Part shown: piece after piece, positions 38,073 through 46,609 of the stretch
How the letters are laid out: every line of letters starts with the position of its first letter
Position numbering within the stretch: the first letter of the stretch is position 1
Source: a virus
Direction: 5' to 3' (one strand)
Length of the DNA stretch: 64,000 nucleotides
Virus record (IMG/VR): IMGVR_UViG_3300019776_000078
Location: 3,384-67,383 of that record
Notes under the pieces: model-generated
Database searches by the model: none
What the model saw: only the letters and a program-made list of their open reading frames with translations
Told to the model about the DNA's origin: nothing
Position numbers and translations under genes: made by a program

Positions 38073-38226
38073 TTTGTTTTTTAAGCCACCATTTGAGATC
38101 TATCAAAGCAACGATTAAGTCATCCACTACATTGATGGCTGTTTTCCATTGACGCTTAACTAATAGGTGTAAAAGCTTTCTACTACCTATTTGTAATGTA
38201 AGTAAAGTTTCTGAATAGTCAATCAT
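38059..38226 (-). CDS. hypothetical 55-aa protein (absent from ORF track)
   Basis: Manually translated MIDYSETLL...; GAGG RBS; fills the operon gap. Confidence 0.5.
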   Translation of the reverse strand: MIDYSETLLTLQIGSRKLLHLLVKRQWKTAINVVDDLIVALIDLKWWLKKQNENN

Positions 38227-38235
38227 CAATTCCTC

Positions 38236-38532
38236 TTATCTGCTGTAAGCCTGGCGATTGCCGTTGTTATCGTAATAGTTTCTTGTGCCACTAGGGTTTA
38301 TTGTTTCATAACCAATACGGTTACCGCTATTATCGTAAACCCCAGTATTTGAGTAATAGTTGTACTCACTGTTTTTCCAATTGTATGGAGAATTGTTCCA
38401 GTCTTGAGGACTGTTTTGGTAATTGTATTCCGAGTTCTTCCAGTTGTACGGTGAGTTCTCCCAGCTCGTCACTGTCTGGGACTGCGCTGACATAGACACA
38501 GTAATACATAAAATGCTTAATATAGTTTTCAT
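38236..38532 (-). CDS. secreted protein with heptad [WY]xNSxxN repeats
   Basis: Signal-peptide-like N-terminus; WENSPYN-WKNSEYN-YQNSPQD-WNNSPYN-WKNSEYN. Confidence 0.65.
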   Translation of the reverse strand: MKTILSILCITVSMSAQSQTVTSWENSPYNWKNSEYNYQNSPQDWNNSPYNWKNSEYNYYSNTGVYDNSGNRIGYETINPSGTRNYYDNNGNRQAYSR

Positions 38533-38544
38533 GTGTTTTCCTCT

Positions 38545-38751
38545 TCATTTGATGTAATTAATCATACCAGCCAAGTAAAACAATACTGCTACTGCTTCTA
38601 CTAGGAATAGCGGTGTATCTCTTTGGATTAGTCCTGCTATTGTCCATAGTGTACTACCAATCAAACTCAGCACAATATTTAATGGATAAATATTAAAGCT
38701 CGTTAGGAAAATACCACACAAGCAAAGTATTGTGCCGAGCCATTTGATCAT
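38545..38751 (-). CDS. small multi-pass membrane protein
   Basis: Almost entirely hydrophobic, about three TM segments. Confidence 0.55.
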   Translation of the reverse strand: MIKWLGTILCLCGIFLTSFNIYPLNIVLSLIGSTLWTIAGLIQRDTPLFLVEAVAVLFYLAGMINYIK

Positions 38752-39038
38752 TGTTTCTTTCTAAATTGGTTAATGTTATACACATTTTTCTGTGTTCCAT
38801 TACCCACTTTCCAAATGACATGGACATTACCATCAACTACACCCCAGCAGCCTTCAATGTACACTTTGTTGGACCAAGAATAGACTCTGCGTAGACCTTC
38901 ATACACCCTGCCATTTTCTTCGCAAACCCTGTCGGTCAGAGTAATCTCACCACCAGCCTCGTTCATCATCACCCAAGCTTCCGCTTTGGCATTGAAAGCT
39001 AGTAGTAACCCTAATACAAACAACATCTTTTTCATCAT
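38748..39038 (-). CDS. putative secreted protein
   Basis: Signal peptide (KK + hydrophobic + AxA); N.AGG.I.LT...GCW. Confidence 0.55.
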   Translation of the reverse strand: MMKKMLFVLGLLLAFNAKAEAWVMMNEAGGEITLTDRVCEENGRVYEGLRRVYSWSNKVYIEGCWGVVDGNVHVIWKVGNGTQKNVYNINQFRKKQ

Positions 39039-39832
39039 GCGCTCCTTGGTAATTGACCACTAAAGTTATAGGTTCCGGTATGGCTAAAGCTTGCCCAAGG
39101 TGCAGCGTAGACTTTAAAGCCAGCCTGACGTGCGATCTTGCAAAAGTGATAGTCTTCCGATAGTAAACGATTGGATTCCTCGTCAATGCTAGTAGCAAAG
39201 AACTCTGGAATGATTTTGATTTCACGAACGGTATCTACAGCGTGATACATATCATTGGTGTAGGACGGTACTTTATCCTTCAGATCCTCAAAGACCTTGC
39301 GCTTAATCAGCATAAAGCCTGTACCACCATTAGCAATCTCAATTGGTTCATTGATGTTGCCAGTTTTAGACTGTTCACCATGCGCCAGGTTCAATACAAA
39401 CGCTCCTGTATGGAACTGTAAATGCTCTGGGGCAACTCCTTGTTTGACCGCCTCAGAGACCTGAACCCAGTTAATCTCTTTCTTAGGGTAAACCCCACAG
39501 ATGATGTCCTTATCTGCGGAGACCATTCGAGGAATGTCTGGAGGATTAAAAGCGATATCGGCATCAATGAACATCAAATGAGTTGCATCAGACTTTAAAA
39601 AGTCATAGGCCATGCTGTTACGGGCGCGAGTAATTAAAGACTCATTCATCATAAAGCTGTAATACATCTGGATTCCAGCCTGACCGAATGCTCCTACGCA
39701 CTGCATCACCGCTGACGCATACATTCCAGTACACATACCGCCGTACATGGGAGTAGCTACAAATAATTTAGCTCGCACCGGAGTCGGATTGAACTTCATT
39801 TGGGGTTGTTGTTTATCTTTCTTGAAGCTCAT
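39035..39832 (-). CDS. GT-A fold glycosyltransferase-like protein
   Basis: LFVATPMYGG, ESLITRARN, LMFIDADI (DxD), GTGFMLI, LSEDYHFC. Confidence 0.75.
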   Translation of the reverse strand: MSFKKDKQQPQMKFNPTPVRAKLFVATPMYGGMCTGMYASAVMQCVGAFGQAGIQMYYSFMMNESLITRARNSMAYDFLKSDATHLMFIDADIAFNPPDIPRMVSADKDIICGVYPKKEINWVQVSEAVKQGVAPEHLQFHTGAFVLNLAHGEQSKTGNINEPIEIANGGTGFMLIKRKVFEDLKDKVPSYTNDMYHAVDTVREIKIIPEFFATSIDEESNRLLSEDYHFCKIARQAGFKVYAAPWASFSHTGTYNFSGQLPRSA

Positions 39833-40071
39833 TTCTTTTTACCTTTCTTGGGTTCTTCAACTTTTGGTGCGTTTAACGCCATAAGCTCCATAGATAACTT
39901 ATCTAAGTCATCACCATAGCGCTTGAGCATTTCATACAAAGCCCAAGCTACTCCGCTATTAGTATCGTCTGACATAGACTCACCCAATAACGCAGCTACA
40001 CTAGCTAGGCTATCAATCCTGTAGCCAACTTCACCGACTTGATTTGCTTTTTCCCACAGTCCTTCTACCAT
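39829..40071 (-). CDS. hypothetical protein
   Basis: Operon packing. Confidence 0.5.
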   Translation of the reverse strand: MVEGLWEKANQVGEVGYRIDSLASVAALLGESMSDDTNSGVAWALYEMLKRYGDDLDKLSMELMALNAPKVEEPKKGKKK

Positions 40072-40219
40072 TTTTTTCCTCTTTCTGTTTAATGTAATCT
40101 TTCAGGATACTCAGTATCCCAGCCTCTACCAGTACTGCTAAACCTTCTTTATCAAAATTGACTACAGCATCTGCAGATCCATCTTCATATTCCTTAGTGA
40201 TTTCTAAATTAATCTTCAT
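40031..40219 (-). CDS. hypothetical protein (EDGSAD family)
   Basis: E.EDGSA...F..E motif; start uncertain. Confidence 0.5.
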   Translation of the reverse strand: MKINLEITKEYEDGSADAVVNFDKEGLAVLVEAGILSILKDYIKQKEEKNGRRTVGKSKSSR

Positions 40220-40905
40220 TTCTTTCTCCATGGTAAATCGACATATGCATTCTTCATGGCTGCGTTACCTTCTTTAAACATTCCCAATAATCGTTCGGGC
40301 GCTCGGTAATTAACTGTAGCCTCTCCTGTGCATCCAAAGGCAGGCAAAGACTTGCTGGCAGCTTTATAGAATGGTCTATCAGCACCCCATTGCCCGTAGA
40401 AAGTATGCGCCACGCTAACCAGATATTCACGCTTAAAACAATAGCAATTAGTGTCAACAAAATTGAGCAGATGATCGTAAAACGTCGGCCATCGACCGAG
40501 GCTCTCGCAGTCATCATCGCATAGATATTCTCCAGCTTCATTACAGATTCTCCTCAAACTATACGACCACATTAAATCTTTACTTTTTATTTTATTGACC
40601 ATGGTTTCCACATGGTTCGGTTCAAACCAATTATCCTCATCTAAAAATAGGATGTAATCAGCGTTTACCATTAGTGGCATCGCCGCATAGACTCGGTGTC
40701 CATACCAGCCATTACCGCCTACGTTCTCTGGTAATACCATCCACTTAGCACGAAAGTTATACGGTGCATTGCGAATCCTTTGCCAATGCTGTTGACCGTC
40801 CACCACCACTAAATGCTCGGTAGGAATGGTTTGACGCTTAACGCTATCGAGCGCTTTGTGTAAGGTGTCTTTCCCTGTCGTGGGAGTAATAACCATTATC
40901 CGCAT
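40216..40905 (-). CDS. family 2 glycosyltransferase
   Basis: VITPT...ALDSV..QT...LVVVDG; YILFLDEDN (DxD). Confidence 0.85.
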   Translation of the reverse strand: MRIMVITPTTGKDTLHKALDSVKRQTIPTEHLVVVDGQQHWQRIRNAPYNFRAKWMVLPENVGGNGWYGHRVYAAMPLMVNADYILFLDEDNWFEPNHVETMVNKIKSKDLMWSYSLRRICNEAGEYLCDDDCESLGRWPTFYDHLLNFVDTNCYCFKREYLVSVAHTFYGQWGADRPFYKAASKSLPAFGCTGEATVNYRAPERLLGMFKEGNAAMKNAYVDLPWRKK

Positions 40906-41090
40906 TACACTCTCCTTAATTTTTTACATAGTTGTGCTACATCTGGCGGTAAATCTTTTTCAGAGCAACCATATACGGTGCTGGTATCTATCATGCTATA
41001 CAACATGATTCCTCCAATAACCAAAGCTGCACAGACAATGACTTTTAGCATAGTTGTGTCACATTCTCGCAAGACTTGCAGATACTGCAC
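40905..41090 (-). CDS. small membrane-anchored protein
   Basis: One TM segment; likely start at MLKV. Confidence 0.45.
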   Translation of the reverse strand: MQYLQVLRECDTTMLKVIVCAALVIGGIMLYSMIDTSTVYGCSEKDLPPDVAQLCKKLRRV

Positions 41091-41908
41091 TTGTTAAATT
41101 CTGGTGATTCATTTATTGCAATCAGGTCTTGTAAGGGTTTACCCTGCATAATTTCTTCATACGATTGTGTAAGTAAATTACCAATGACATGCTTGAGATC
41201 ATAGTCCATACAACAGAGGACAACTGAACCATCAGGCAGTAGAACATTGCGGTCGTAGAATGGAGTAGATCGGCAAGTCAATGCAAAGTCGTTGCGTGGA
41301 GTAATATTAATGTTAGTTTGCCCACCGATCTGCTCTACATTTAAACTATCAGCCCTTGTATGTCCTTGCCAGCTAGGGAGCCTGCCAATAATATGTTGCA
41401 GGGATGGATGCACAAACCCACTACCATCCATTGTCATCGCCCCAATCGGCAGCTCTAAAGTCATTACCATCTCCAAAGCATTCATCCATTCCTGGCTTAA
41501 CTTCCAACCTTTCATATTGCTATTGGCATCAGGTAGATGGAGCATAAATACTTTGACTTGGTTCTTATGCTCTTCTAGTACTTTCTTAACACGGGCGGGG
41601 TCTGTCATGCCGTACAGGGTTGTATAGATGGCAACATCAAATCCCATGTATATAACCTCTTCTAGCATCGAAGTACAGTCTGGGTTAGCCCAAGGTTCAG
41701 ACATCCCAGAAAAATCAATACGGGTGTTTCTAGGCAGTTTTACCAGCATTGTGGTCAGATCCCTTTGGCTCATGTACTTAGTGCCTTCTCCGTACTCGGT
41801 ACGTAGATTCTCTTGGGGGCAGAATGTACACATCAGAGGACAGCCAATCATCGTGGTTAGCTCCATGACTGGCCCATCGGTATGGACGATGCCGTATTTC
41901 TCTCTCAT
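41045..41908 (-). CDS. radical SAM protein with SPASM/twitch domain
   Basis: CPLMCTFC (CxxxCxxC); SGMSEP; C...DGSVVLCCMD...IGNL...C..C. Confidence 0.9.
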   Translation of the reverse strand: MREKYGIVHTDGPVMELTTMIGCPLMCTFCPQENLRTEYGEGTKYMSQRDLTTMLVKLPRNTRIDFSGMSEPWANPDCTSMLEEVIYMGFDVAIYTTLYGMTDPARVKKVLEEHKNQVKVFMLHLPDANSNMKGWKLSQEWMNALEMVMTLELPIGAMTMDGSGFVHPSLQHIIGRLPSWQGHTRADSLNVEQIGGQTNINITPRNDFALTCRSTPFYDRNVLLPDGSVVLCCMDYDLKHVIGNLLTQSYEEIMQGKPLQDLIAINESPEFNKCSICKSCENVTQLC

Positions 41909-42631
41909 TTATTCTCCGTACATGGATTTTGGAAGCGGGCGATCAGGCTTATCCGCTACATTGGGTTGATCTAATGGGTGAGGAAAGCTCGTTACAAACC
42001 CTAAGTCTGGGCTTCTGTCCTTACGCAACAGAGTGATTTCAAAGGTGGTTGGTAACGGTATTTCATCCGCTAAAAGAAAAGAACAATTGTTGTTGGGGTG
42101 TAAATGAACAACATGGAAAAAGTCTAATAACTTATCAAAAAATACCTTGATACATCCCCAAGTAATCGGACTAAACCACTGCTCTACATTATGCATTTCC
42201 ATCACGATAATTCTAAAACGTCTGATGGTGTGCATATGTGCAGCTAAAATCGTTTCATACTCAGAGCCTTCAATGTCCATCTGTAAAATCCAGTCGCCTA
42301 AAAATCCACCGCAACGGTTTGTCCATTGATCTAAAGTAATGTGATCCTCATCCTTGACGCCACCAAGAAACTTCTTCTCAAAGGATGCAACCTCAATTCC
42401 GTTAGGTGGCCCATCTACCGATGCATCAGCCAAGTGGGACAAGATGCCACGCTCAAGCAAGTCTTTCTCAAAGGTCGCATTATCGGCTACGCCAGGAGAG
42501 AAGCAAGCCGTAATGCCGTCTAAATCATTCGGCACTAAGTATCCACCATCGTTATCGCCACCAAAACGAATCAGTTCATATTTGGTTTTTACTGGCCGCA
42601 GGTCTTTGAGTAGTTTTTCTAATGGGGTCAT
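41909..42631 (-). CDS. FkbM-like SAM-dependent methyltransferase
   Basis: RFGGDNDGGY, SPGV, LQMDIEGSEY, VMEMH, HLHPNN. Confidence 0.8.
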   Translation of the reverse strand: MTPLEKLLKDLRPVKTKYELIRFGGDNDGGYLVPNDLDGITACFSPGVADNATFEKDLLERGILSHLADASVDGPPNGIEVASFEKKFLGGVKDEDHITLDQWTNRCGGFLGDWILQMDIEGSEYETILAAHMHTIRRFRIIVMEMHNVEQWFSPITWGCIKVFFDKLLDFFHVVHLHPNNNCSFLLADEIPLPTTFEITLLRKDRSPDLGFVTSFPHPLDQPNVADKPDRPLPKSMYGE

Positions 42632-42634
42632 TGT

Positions 42635-43135
42635 TTAAGCCTCTGTGTAATAAGCGATACCGTTTCTTGCATGGATCAAAATGGATTCAGCATGACGTGG
42701 CAACTCCGCTAAGGAGATGTTAATGGGATACTGCTCAGGTGTTTCATCAAGAGAGAAGTACGCTTTTGGAACATTGAAGTCTTTGACGGCTTTATGCACC
42801 ACTTGATGATGTGGATGACCATATTCCCCTTCTTCATTGTGCGTCAGAATAAAGTCATAATGAATAGCGACTTTACGGATAGCACGGATAGCATCATCCT
42901 CTGCCCAAGTCTTCAAAGATAATGACCCCAAGTCACGACCATGATCTTTAAAACCTAAGAACTTGGTTTTGATACCACGCTTACGCCAGTAACGGCTAAT
43001 CTCTCTAGCCCGTTTGTTCCACCAATGCTGTGTCAGATAGACAATGCTCCACTCATAGTCTGGATGGGCGTCCATATACGCGCTGGCAAAGATCACGCAG
43101 TCATCGGGATGGGCAACGGCAACTAACGCCTTCAC
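42635..43135 (-). CDS. PIG-L/LmbE family N-acetylglucosaminyl deacetylase
   Basis: AHPDD and GEYGHPHH motifs. Confidence 0.8.
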   Translation of the reverse strand: MKALVAVAHPDDCVIFASAYMDAHPDYEWSIVYLTQHWWNKRAREISRYWRKRGIKTKFLGFKDHGRDLGSLSLKTWAEDDAIRAIRKVAIHYDFILTHNEEGEYGHPHHQVVHKAVKDFNVPKAYFSLDETPEQYPINISLAELPRHAESILIHARNGIAYYTEA

Positions 43136-43208
43136 TTACATTTTCTCCATAGCCATGTCAATACAACGGCATTCATTATAAGAAACACTACAATCCAATC
43201 GCCCTCAG

Positions 43209-43505
43209 TCATTTCCCACTAGCCTTTCTTAGTATTGCAAACACATCATCACGCAGTTTGTTTTCTTCAGGTATATCAGAATCATTTTCATAGTTTTTAA
43301 ATTCATCAGTCCATTTAGCAATCAATCTTTCAATAATGTTTATTATTTCCTCATCTGTTATTGTCTTTGCTGCCCCAGCATCAAACCCATATTGCCAGCC
43401 CATTTCAATGAGCAATAGTTCGTCTTCTGTATAGGCTTCAGTGCGTAATTCGCCATCTTCTAACCATTGACCAGCTTTCCACTCTTCAAATGTTTTGTAT
43501 ATCAT
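43209..43505 (-). CDS. hypothetical protein (TDEEI...AILRKA family)
   Basis: Shares terminal motifs with the adjacent ORF. Confidence 0.55.
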   Translation of the reverse strand: MIYKTFEEWKAGQWLEDGELRTEAYTEDELLLIEMGWQYGFDAGAAKTITDEEIINIIERLIAKWTDEFKNYENDSDIPEENKLRDDVFAILRKASGK

Positions 43506-43729
43506 TTCTCTTGTGCCTTTCTTAGTATTGCTCTAGCAAAATCATGTATTTCGTATAGTCTTTTTTCACCAAACGGCTCGCTAACTTCTTTGTATACCTG
43601 ACTTATTTCCTCATCTGTTAATGTCTTTGCTGGATGGGTGTAGAGTGGAATACCACGACCACTTACATTAAGGTCATAGACATCGCTATGTTCTAGGTAA
43701 TCCATCCACGCTACTGGTTCATTGTTCAT
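43502..43729 (-). CDS. hypothetical protein (EPVAW...PLYT...LTDEEI...FARAILRKA family)
   Basis: Common small phage ORF motif set. Confidence 0.6.
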   Translation of the reverse strand: MNNEPVAWMDYLEHSDVYDLNVSGRGIPLYTHPAKTLTDEEISQVYKEVSEPFGEKRLYEIHDFARAILRKAQEK

Positions 43730-44583
43730 TTCACTATGCTCCGTACAAATTCAATGGCGTTATCTAGACTTGGTGCTTCCCACAATAGCGGTCTATTGTA
43801 CATATCCTCATAAATCTCTTTGCTCTCATCAATAGCCTGAATGGTTGTGACGAACCAGTCCATGTCTTTAGTATTCATGTAGTTAAGATAAGCGCCCTCA
43901 TGGAAGTCGCAGTCCACAGATATAGTGCCGCTATAGATAGGTATAGTACCGCCCGCATAAGCGTCTAATAACTTCTCAGTTACATAGCCGTCATAGACCG
44001 AGTTCTCTGGGCATAAGCAGAACTTGTAATGCTTGAGAACATCAAACTTAGACTGACGCAAGGCACGGTTAAACATATTGCCATAGCCATGTAATTGTTT
44101 GTAACGGGAAATGGAGTTAAATAGATTGACTCTTAATCCCTCTGGGTTGCCAGCGATCATAGCGCAGAACTCTTTTTTCTCTTGCCAGTCTAACTTACGT
44201 TTCTGTGTTAGCGGTGCAATCGGAATCAACGGTTCATAGCCGTGGTTGTGCATATTCTCTTTGCGAGGACGCTGCTCAAAGCCGGGCCATGCTAGGCGAA
44301 AATACCATAAAGGAAGACGATGGTTTCTGCCACCATAACTGTCCCAATCAAAAGAAAGAGAATGACTGTAATTGATAAAGTTAGGACGTATATTTTCCCC
44401 GATAAAGGCAAGCGTTTTCGCAGGGTCGGTATGGACATTTCCAAATACTGAGGTAACAACAAGATCAGCCTCGTGTGGATTGCTAGTATAAGTGACGCCA
44501 TCGAAAGCAGTATTGAAAAAAAAGTCCAAAAAGTCACCATCAAATGCACCCTCCCAAAAGTTAACTACACAGATTGTTTTCAT
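43726..44583 (-). CDS. family 10 glycosyltransferase (alpha-1,3/4-fucosyltransferase-like)
   Basis: YKFCLCPENS..DGYVTEKL.DA..GGTIPIY.G signature; GEN.RPNF. Confidence 0.85.
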   Translation of the reverse strand: MKTICVVNFWEGAFDGDFLDFFFNTAFDGVTYTSNPHEADLVVTSVFGNVHTDPAKTLAFIGENIRPNFINYSHSLSFDWDSYGGRNHRLPLWYFRLAWPGFEQRPRKENMHNHGYEPLIPIAPLTQKRKLDWQEKKEFCAMIAGNPEGLRVNLFNSISRYKQLHGYGNMFNRALRQSKFDVLKHYKFCLCPENSVYDGYVTEKLLDAYAGGTIPIYSGTISVDCDFHEGAYLNYMNTKDMDWFVTTIQAIDESKEIYEDMYNRPLLWEAPSLDNAIEFVRSIVK

Positions 44584-45014
44584 CTTTTATTCCTCACGGC
44601 TTTAACCACATTGACTTGAGCCATTCTTGATCCTTGCTCTTTGTAGACCATCGTTTTAAACATCGCATGTTGTAACGCTTTACCACTTCTATACTTTGCT
44701 TTAATTGGATCTACTTGGTATTTCATTCCAGACTTATTGGCAACGCATAAGACATTTGCTTTATCCATCCAGTCTAACAACTCTACATGACGGTTCATGG
44801 GAAGATCCCATAACTTATCGCTTAATGGTTTCATGTAAGTGGCTACCCAAGCTCGCACAGCACCGAAACAATGTTCAGTTCTTTTAAGTCCTAGTTCGTA
44901 TGGCAAACATCCAAACTCTGAATGACACCAATCTTTTAACTTGTTGCATGAATCAAAGTTCTGCCATGAACGAATAATCATAGCGTCCCAAAATCGTTGG
45001 TCTGGTTTTCTCAT
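44580..45014 (-). CDS. hypothetical protein
   Basis: ORF in the leftward operon. Confidence 0.5.
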   Translation of the reverse strand: MRKPDQRFWDAMIIRSWQNFDSCNKLKDWCHSEFGCLPYELGLKRTEHCFGAVRAWVATYMKPLSDKLWDLPMNRHVELLDWMDKANVLCVANKSGMKYQVDPIKAKYRSGKALQHAMFKTMVYKEQGSRMAQVNVVKAVRNKR

Positions 45015-45155
45015 TAGAATGGCGCCTCCTCAAATGGCGGTAAATTTGGTTTAGGTTCTGGTATGTATTCCATAGTCCAGTTCGTATAAATTTCTATAAT
45101 CTTTTTAGCTTCCTCGTGTCTACGCACAAGTCGCATTGCTTCACCGTTCTCATCT

Positions 45156-45344
45156 TTAATGATGTACGGCATTCTCAATCTCACGTTCTGCCATCATAGC
45201 GTCCGCAATCTCATATGCTCTACGGGCTGCAACTTCTTCCCATGTTCTACCATCGGGCATATGCAGCTTCCAATCACCAGCACACATACCATTCATAATC
45301 TGTGCCGCAAAGTAATCGCGGAGTCTGCGTTCTCTATCTGTCAT
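45156..45344 (-). CDS. conserved small phage protein (LRDYFAA...AYEIADAM)
   Basis: Recognisable phage motif. Confidence 0.7.
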   Translation of the reverse strand: MTDRERRLRDYFAAQIMNGMCAGDWKLHMPDGRTWEEVAARRAYEIADAMMAEREIENAVHH

Positions 45345-45568
45345 TGCATCTCCTTGAGTTTCTCAATCTTGTCTTGAGCAAACACTACTTGGCAGTTTGT
45401 TAAAAACATTTCTTCTGACATGTGCATGTTGTTTGCAGCGATGACTGCCAATGCTAGGCAAGACACCATCACCTCTGCATAAGTAGGCTGTGCCTCAATA
45501 ATGACGGTCTCTATTTTGTGAGTTAATTCATATGCTTTTTTATCGTCGTACTCTAATGGTTTATTCAT
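45341..45568 (-). CDS. hypothetical protein, first gene of the leftward operon
   Basis: Strong AGAGGAGG RBS and upstream promoter. Confidence 0.6.
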   Translation of the reverse strand: MNKPLEYDDKKAYELTHKIETVIIEAQPTYAEVMVSCLALAVIAANNMHMSEEMFLTNCQVVFAQDKIEKLKEMQ

Positions 45569-45589
45569 ACTTCCTCCTCTTTTGTTTAG

Positions 45590-45618
45590 ACTATAATGAT
45601 TGATAACAAAATTGTAAA
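45590..45618 (-). promoter_or_regulatory. sigma70-type promoter for the leftward recombination/glycosylation operon
   Basis: Minus strand TTTACA-17 bp-TATAGT. Confidence 0.65.
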
Positions 45619-45647
45619 TAGGTTATACCTACTTTATTTCATCTATT

Positions 45648-46013
45648 ATGTCAGGACTTACCCTTACTCTTAACTATCCAGTCAGTGTGAATGCATATTG
45701 GCTGGCATCAGGTAAGCGCCGTTATATTTCTAAACGTGGTGTTGCTTTTAAGAAACACGTTGCAGAAATGTATGCACAATCAAATCACAAGGGATTTGGA
45801 GACAAACCAGTGGAGTTAAATGTGTTGTTGTTTCCTCGCGACAATCGCCTCATGGACATCGACAATATGCTCAAGTGCTTGGGAGATTCATTACAAGATG
45901 CGGGCGTGTTTGATGACGATCAACAGGTCTGGAAGATCACTATAGAGCGTGGCCAAAAGATTAAAGGTGGCGGATGCCAGGTAACTATTACCGAATACTT
46001 TCATGCGGCATGA
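45648..46013 (+). CDS. rusA: RusA-like Holliday junction resolvase
   Basis: PVSVNAYW...PRDNRLMDIDN..K...DSL..AGVFDDD.QV. Confidence 0.85.
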   Translation: MSGLTLTLNYPVSVNAYWLASGKRRYISKRGVAFKKHVAEMYAQSNHKGFGDKPVELNVLLFPRDNRLMDIDNMLKCLGDSLQDAGVFDDDQQVWKITIERGQKIKGGGCQVTITEYFHAA

Positions 46014-46095
46014 ATGCATGAAATTTCAATAAAAGATGCGTCTCATTCTCATTTAGTGGGTTCCTTTTAGTAACCTTTGGGAACCTTTTGGAACC

Positions 46096-46140
46096 AAATC
46101 AAGTGTCAACGTTGACAGTTGTTCTGGAAGTCATTGATTT
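46096..46140. repeat. palindromic site TGTCAACGTTGACA with conserved flanks (copy 1)
   Basis: 14-bp perfect palindrome at 46104-46117; 22-mer identical to 55881-55902. Confidence 0.8.
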
Positions 46141-46178
46141 ATATAGTTATTACACAGTGATGATTCTTGTATAATAAC

Positions 46179-46192
46179 TAGGGTTTACCCTA
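46179..46192. promoter_or_regulatory. palindrome TAGGGTTTACCCTA (recurrent operator-like motif)
   Basis: AGGGTWWACCCT core recurs at 26321, 32462, 41134 and 52821. Confidence 0.6.
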
Positions 46193-46229
46193 ATGTACAT
46201 TTATACAGTCCTATAAGGTACAATCGGTT

Positions 46230-46316
46230 CCAATACCTCAGCAGGTATTTTCATGTGTAATCCTCCTCTTTACACTTGGCCTTAGGGAGCGTGAGTACGT
46301 CCGCTCCCATCTTTTT
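46230..46316 (+). ncRNA. candidate three-hairpin sRNA with anti-Shine-Dalgarno loop
   Basis: AATACCT/AGGTATT; GTGTAA-TCCTCCTCT-TTACAC; GGGAGCG/CGCTCCC followed by T-run; TACAAT upstream. Confidence 0.55.
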
Positions 46317-46319
46317 GTG

Positions 46320-46340
46320 TATAATTGTTGCATTGCAACA
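46320..46340 (+). promoter_or_regulatory. -10 box TATAAT followed by palindrome TGTTGCA-T-TGCAACA (PhaR-like operator)
   Basis: Perfect 7-1-7 inverted repeat at 46326-46340. Confidence 0.6.
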
Positions 46341-46359
46341 TTATCTTAAGGAGATAACC

Positions 46360-46494
46360 ATGTTTGAATTTGATAAGCAGTACAAAGAATCAATGAAGAA
46401 GTTTGAAGAAGTAACCGAAGCAATCAAGCAAGCAAACGAGTTCTGGGTGAACGCCGTATTGTCTAGCTGGAAGTCTTTCTACAAGACTAAGTAA
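46360..46494 (+). CDS. 44-aa amphipathic helical (phasin-like?) protein
   Basis: AAGGAG RBS, own promoter and terminator; MFEFDKQYKESMKKFEEVTEAIKQANEFWVNAVLSSWKSFYKTK. Confidence 0.65.
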   Translation: MFEFDKQYKESMKKFEEVTEAIKQANEFWVNAVLSSWKSFYKTK

Positions 46495-46513
46495 TAAACG
46501 GCCTTAGGTCGCA

Positions 46514-46545
46514 GGGGTGAGCAGAAACTGCTTGCCCCTTTTTTT
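46514..46545 (+). terminator. rho-independent terminator
   Basis: GGGGTGAGCAG-AAA-CTGCTTGCCCC followed by T7. Confidence 0.85.
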
Positions 46546-46609
46546 ATTTGTGCTACACTAAAAACACAGAAGGTGACTTTGGTCGGTTACCTTGTGTATA
46601 ATTGCCACC

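Noticed and set aside
38350-38465. Short direct repeats as a mini CRISPR array
   Set aside because: 21-nt periodicity is explained by the heptad protein repeat, and there are no unique spacers
46276-46359. TTG-start extension of the 46360 ORF given in the ORF track
   Set aside because: It overlaps a terminator hairpin and promoter; the AAGGAG RBS supports ATG at 46360
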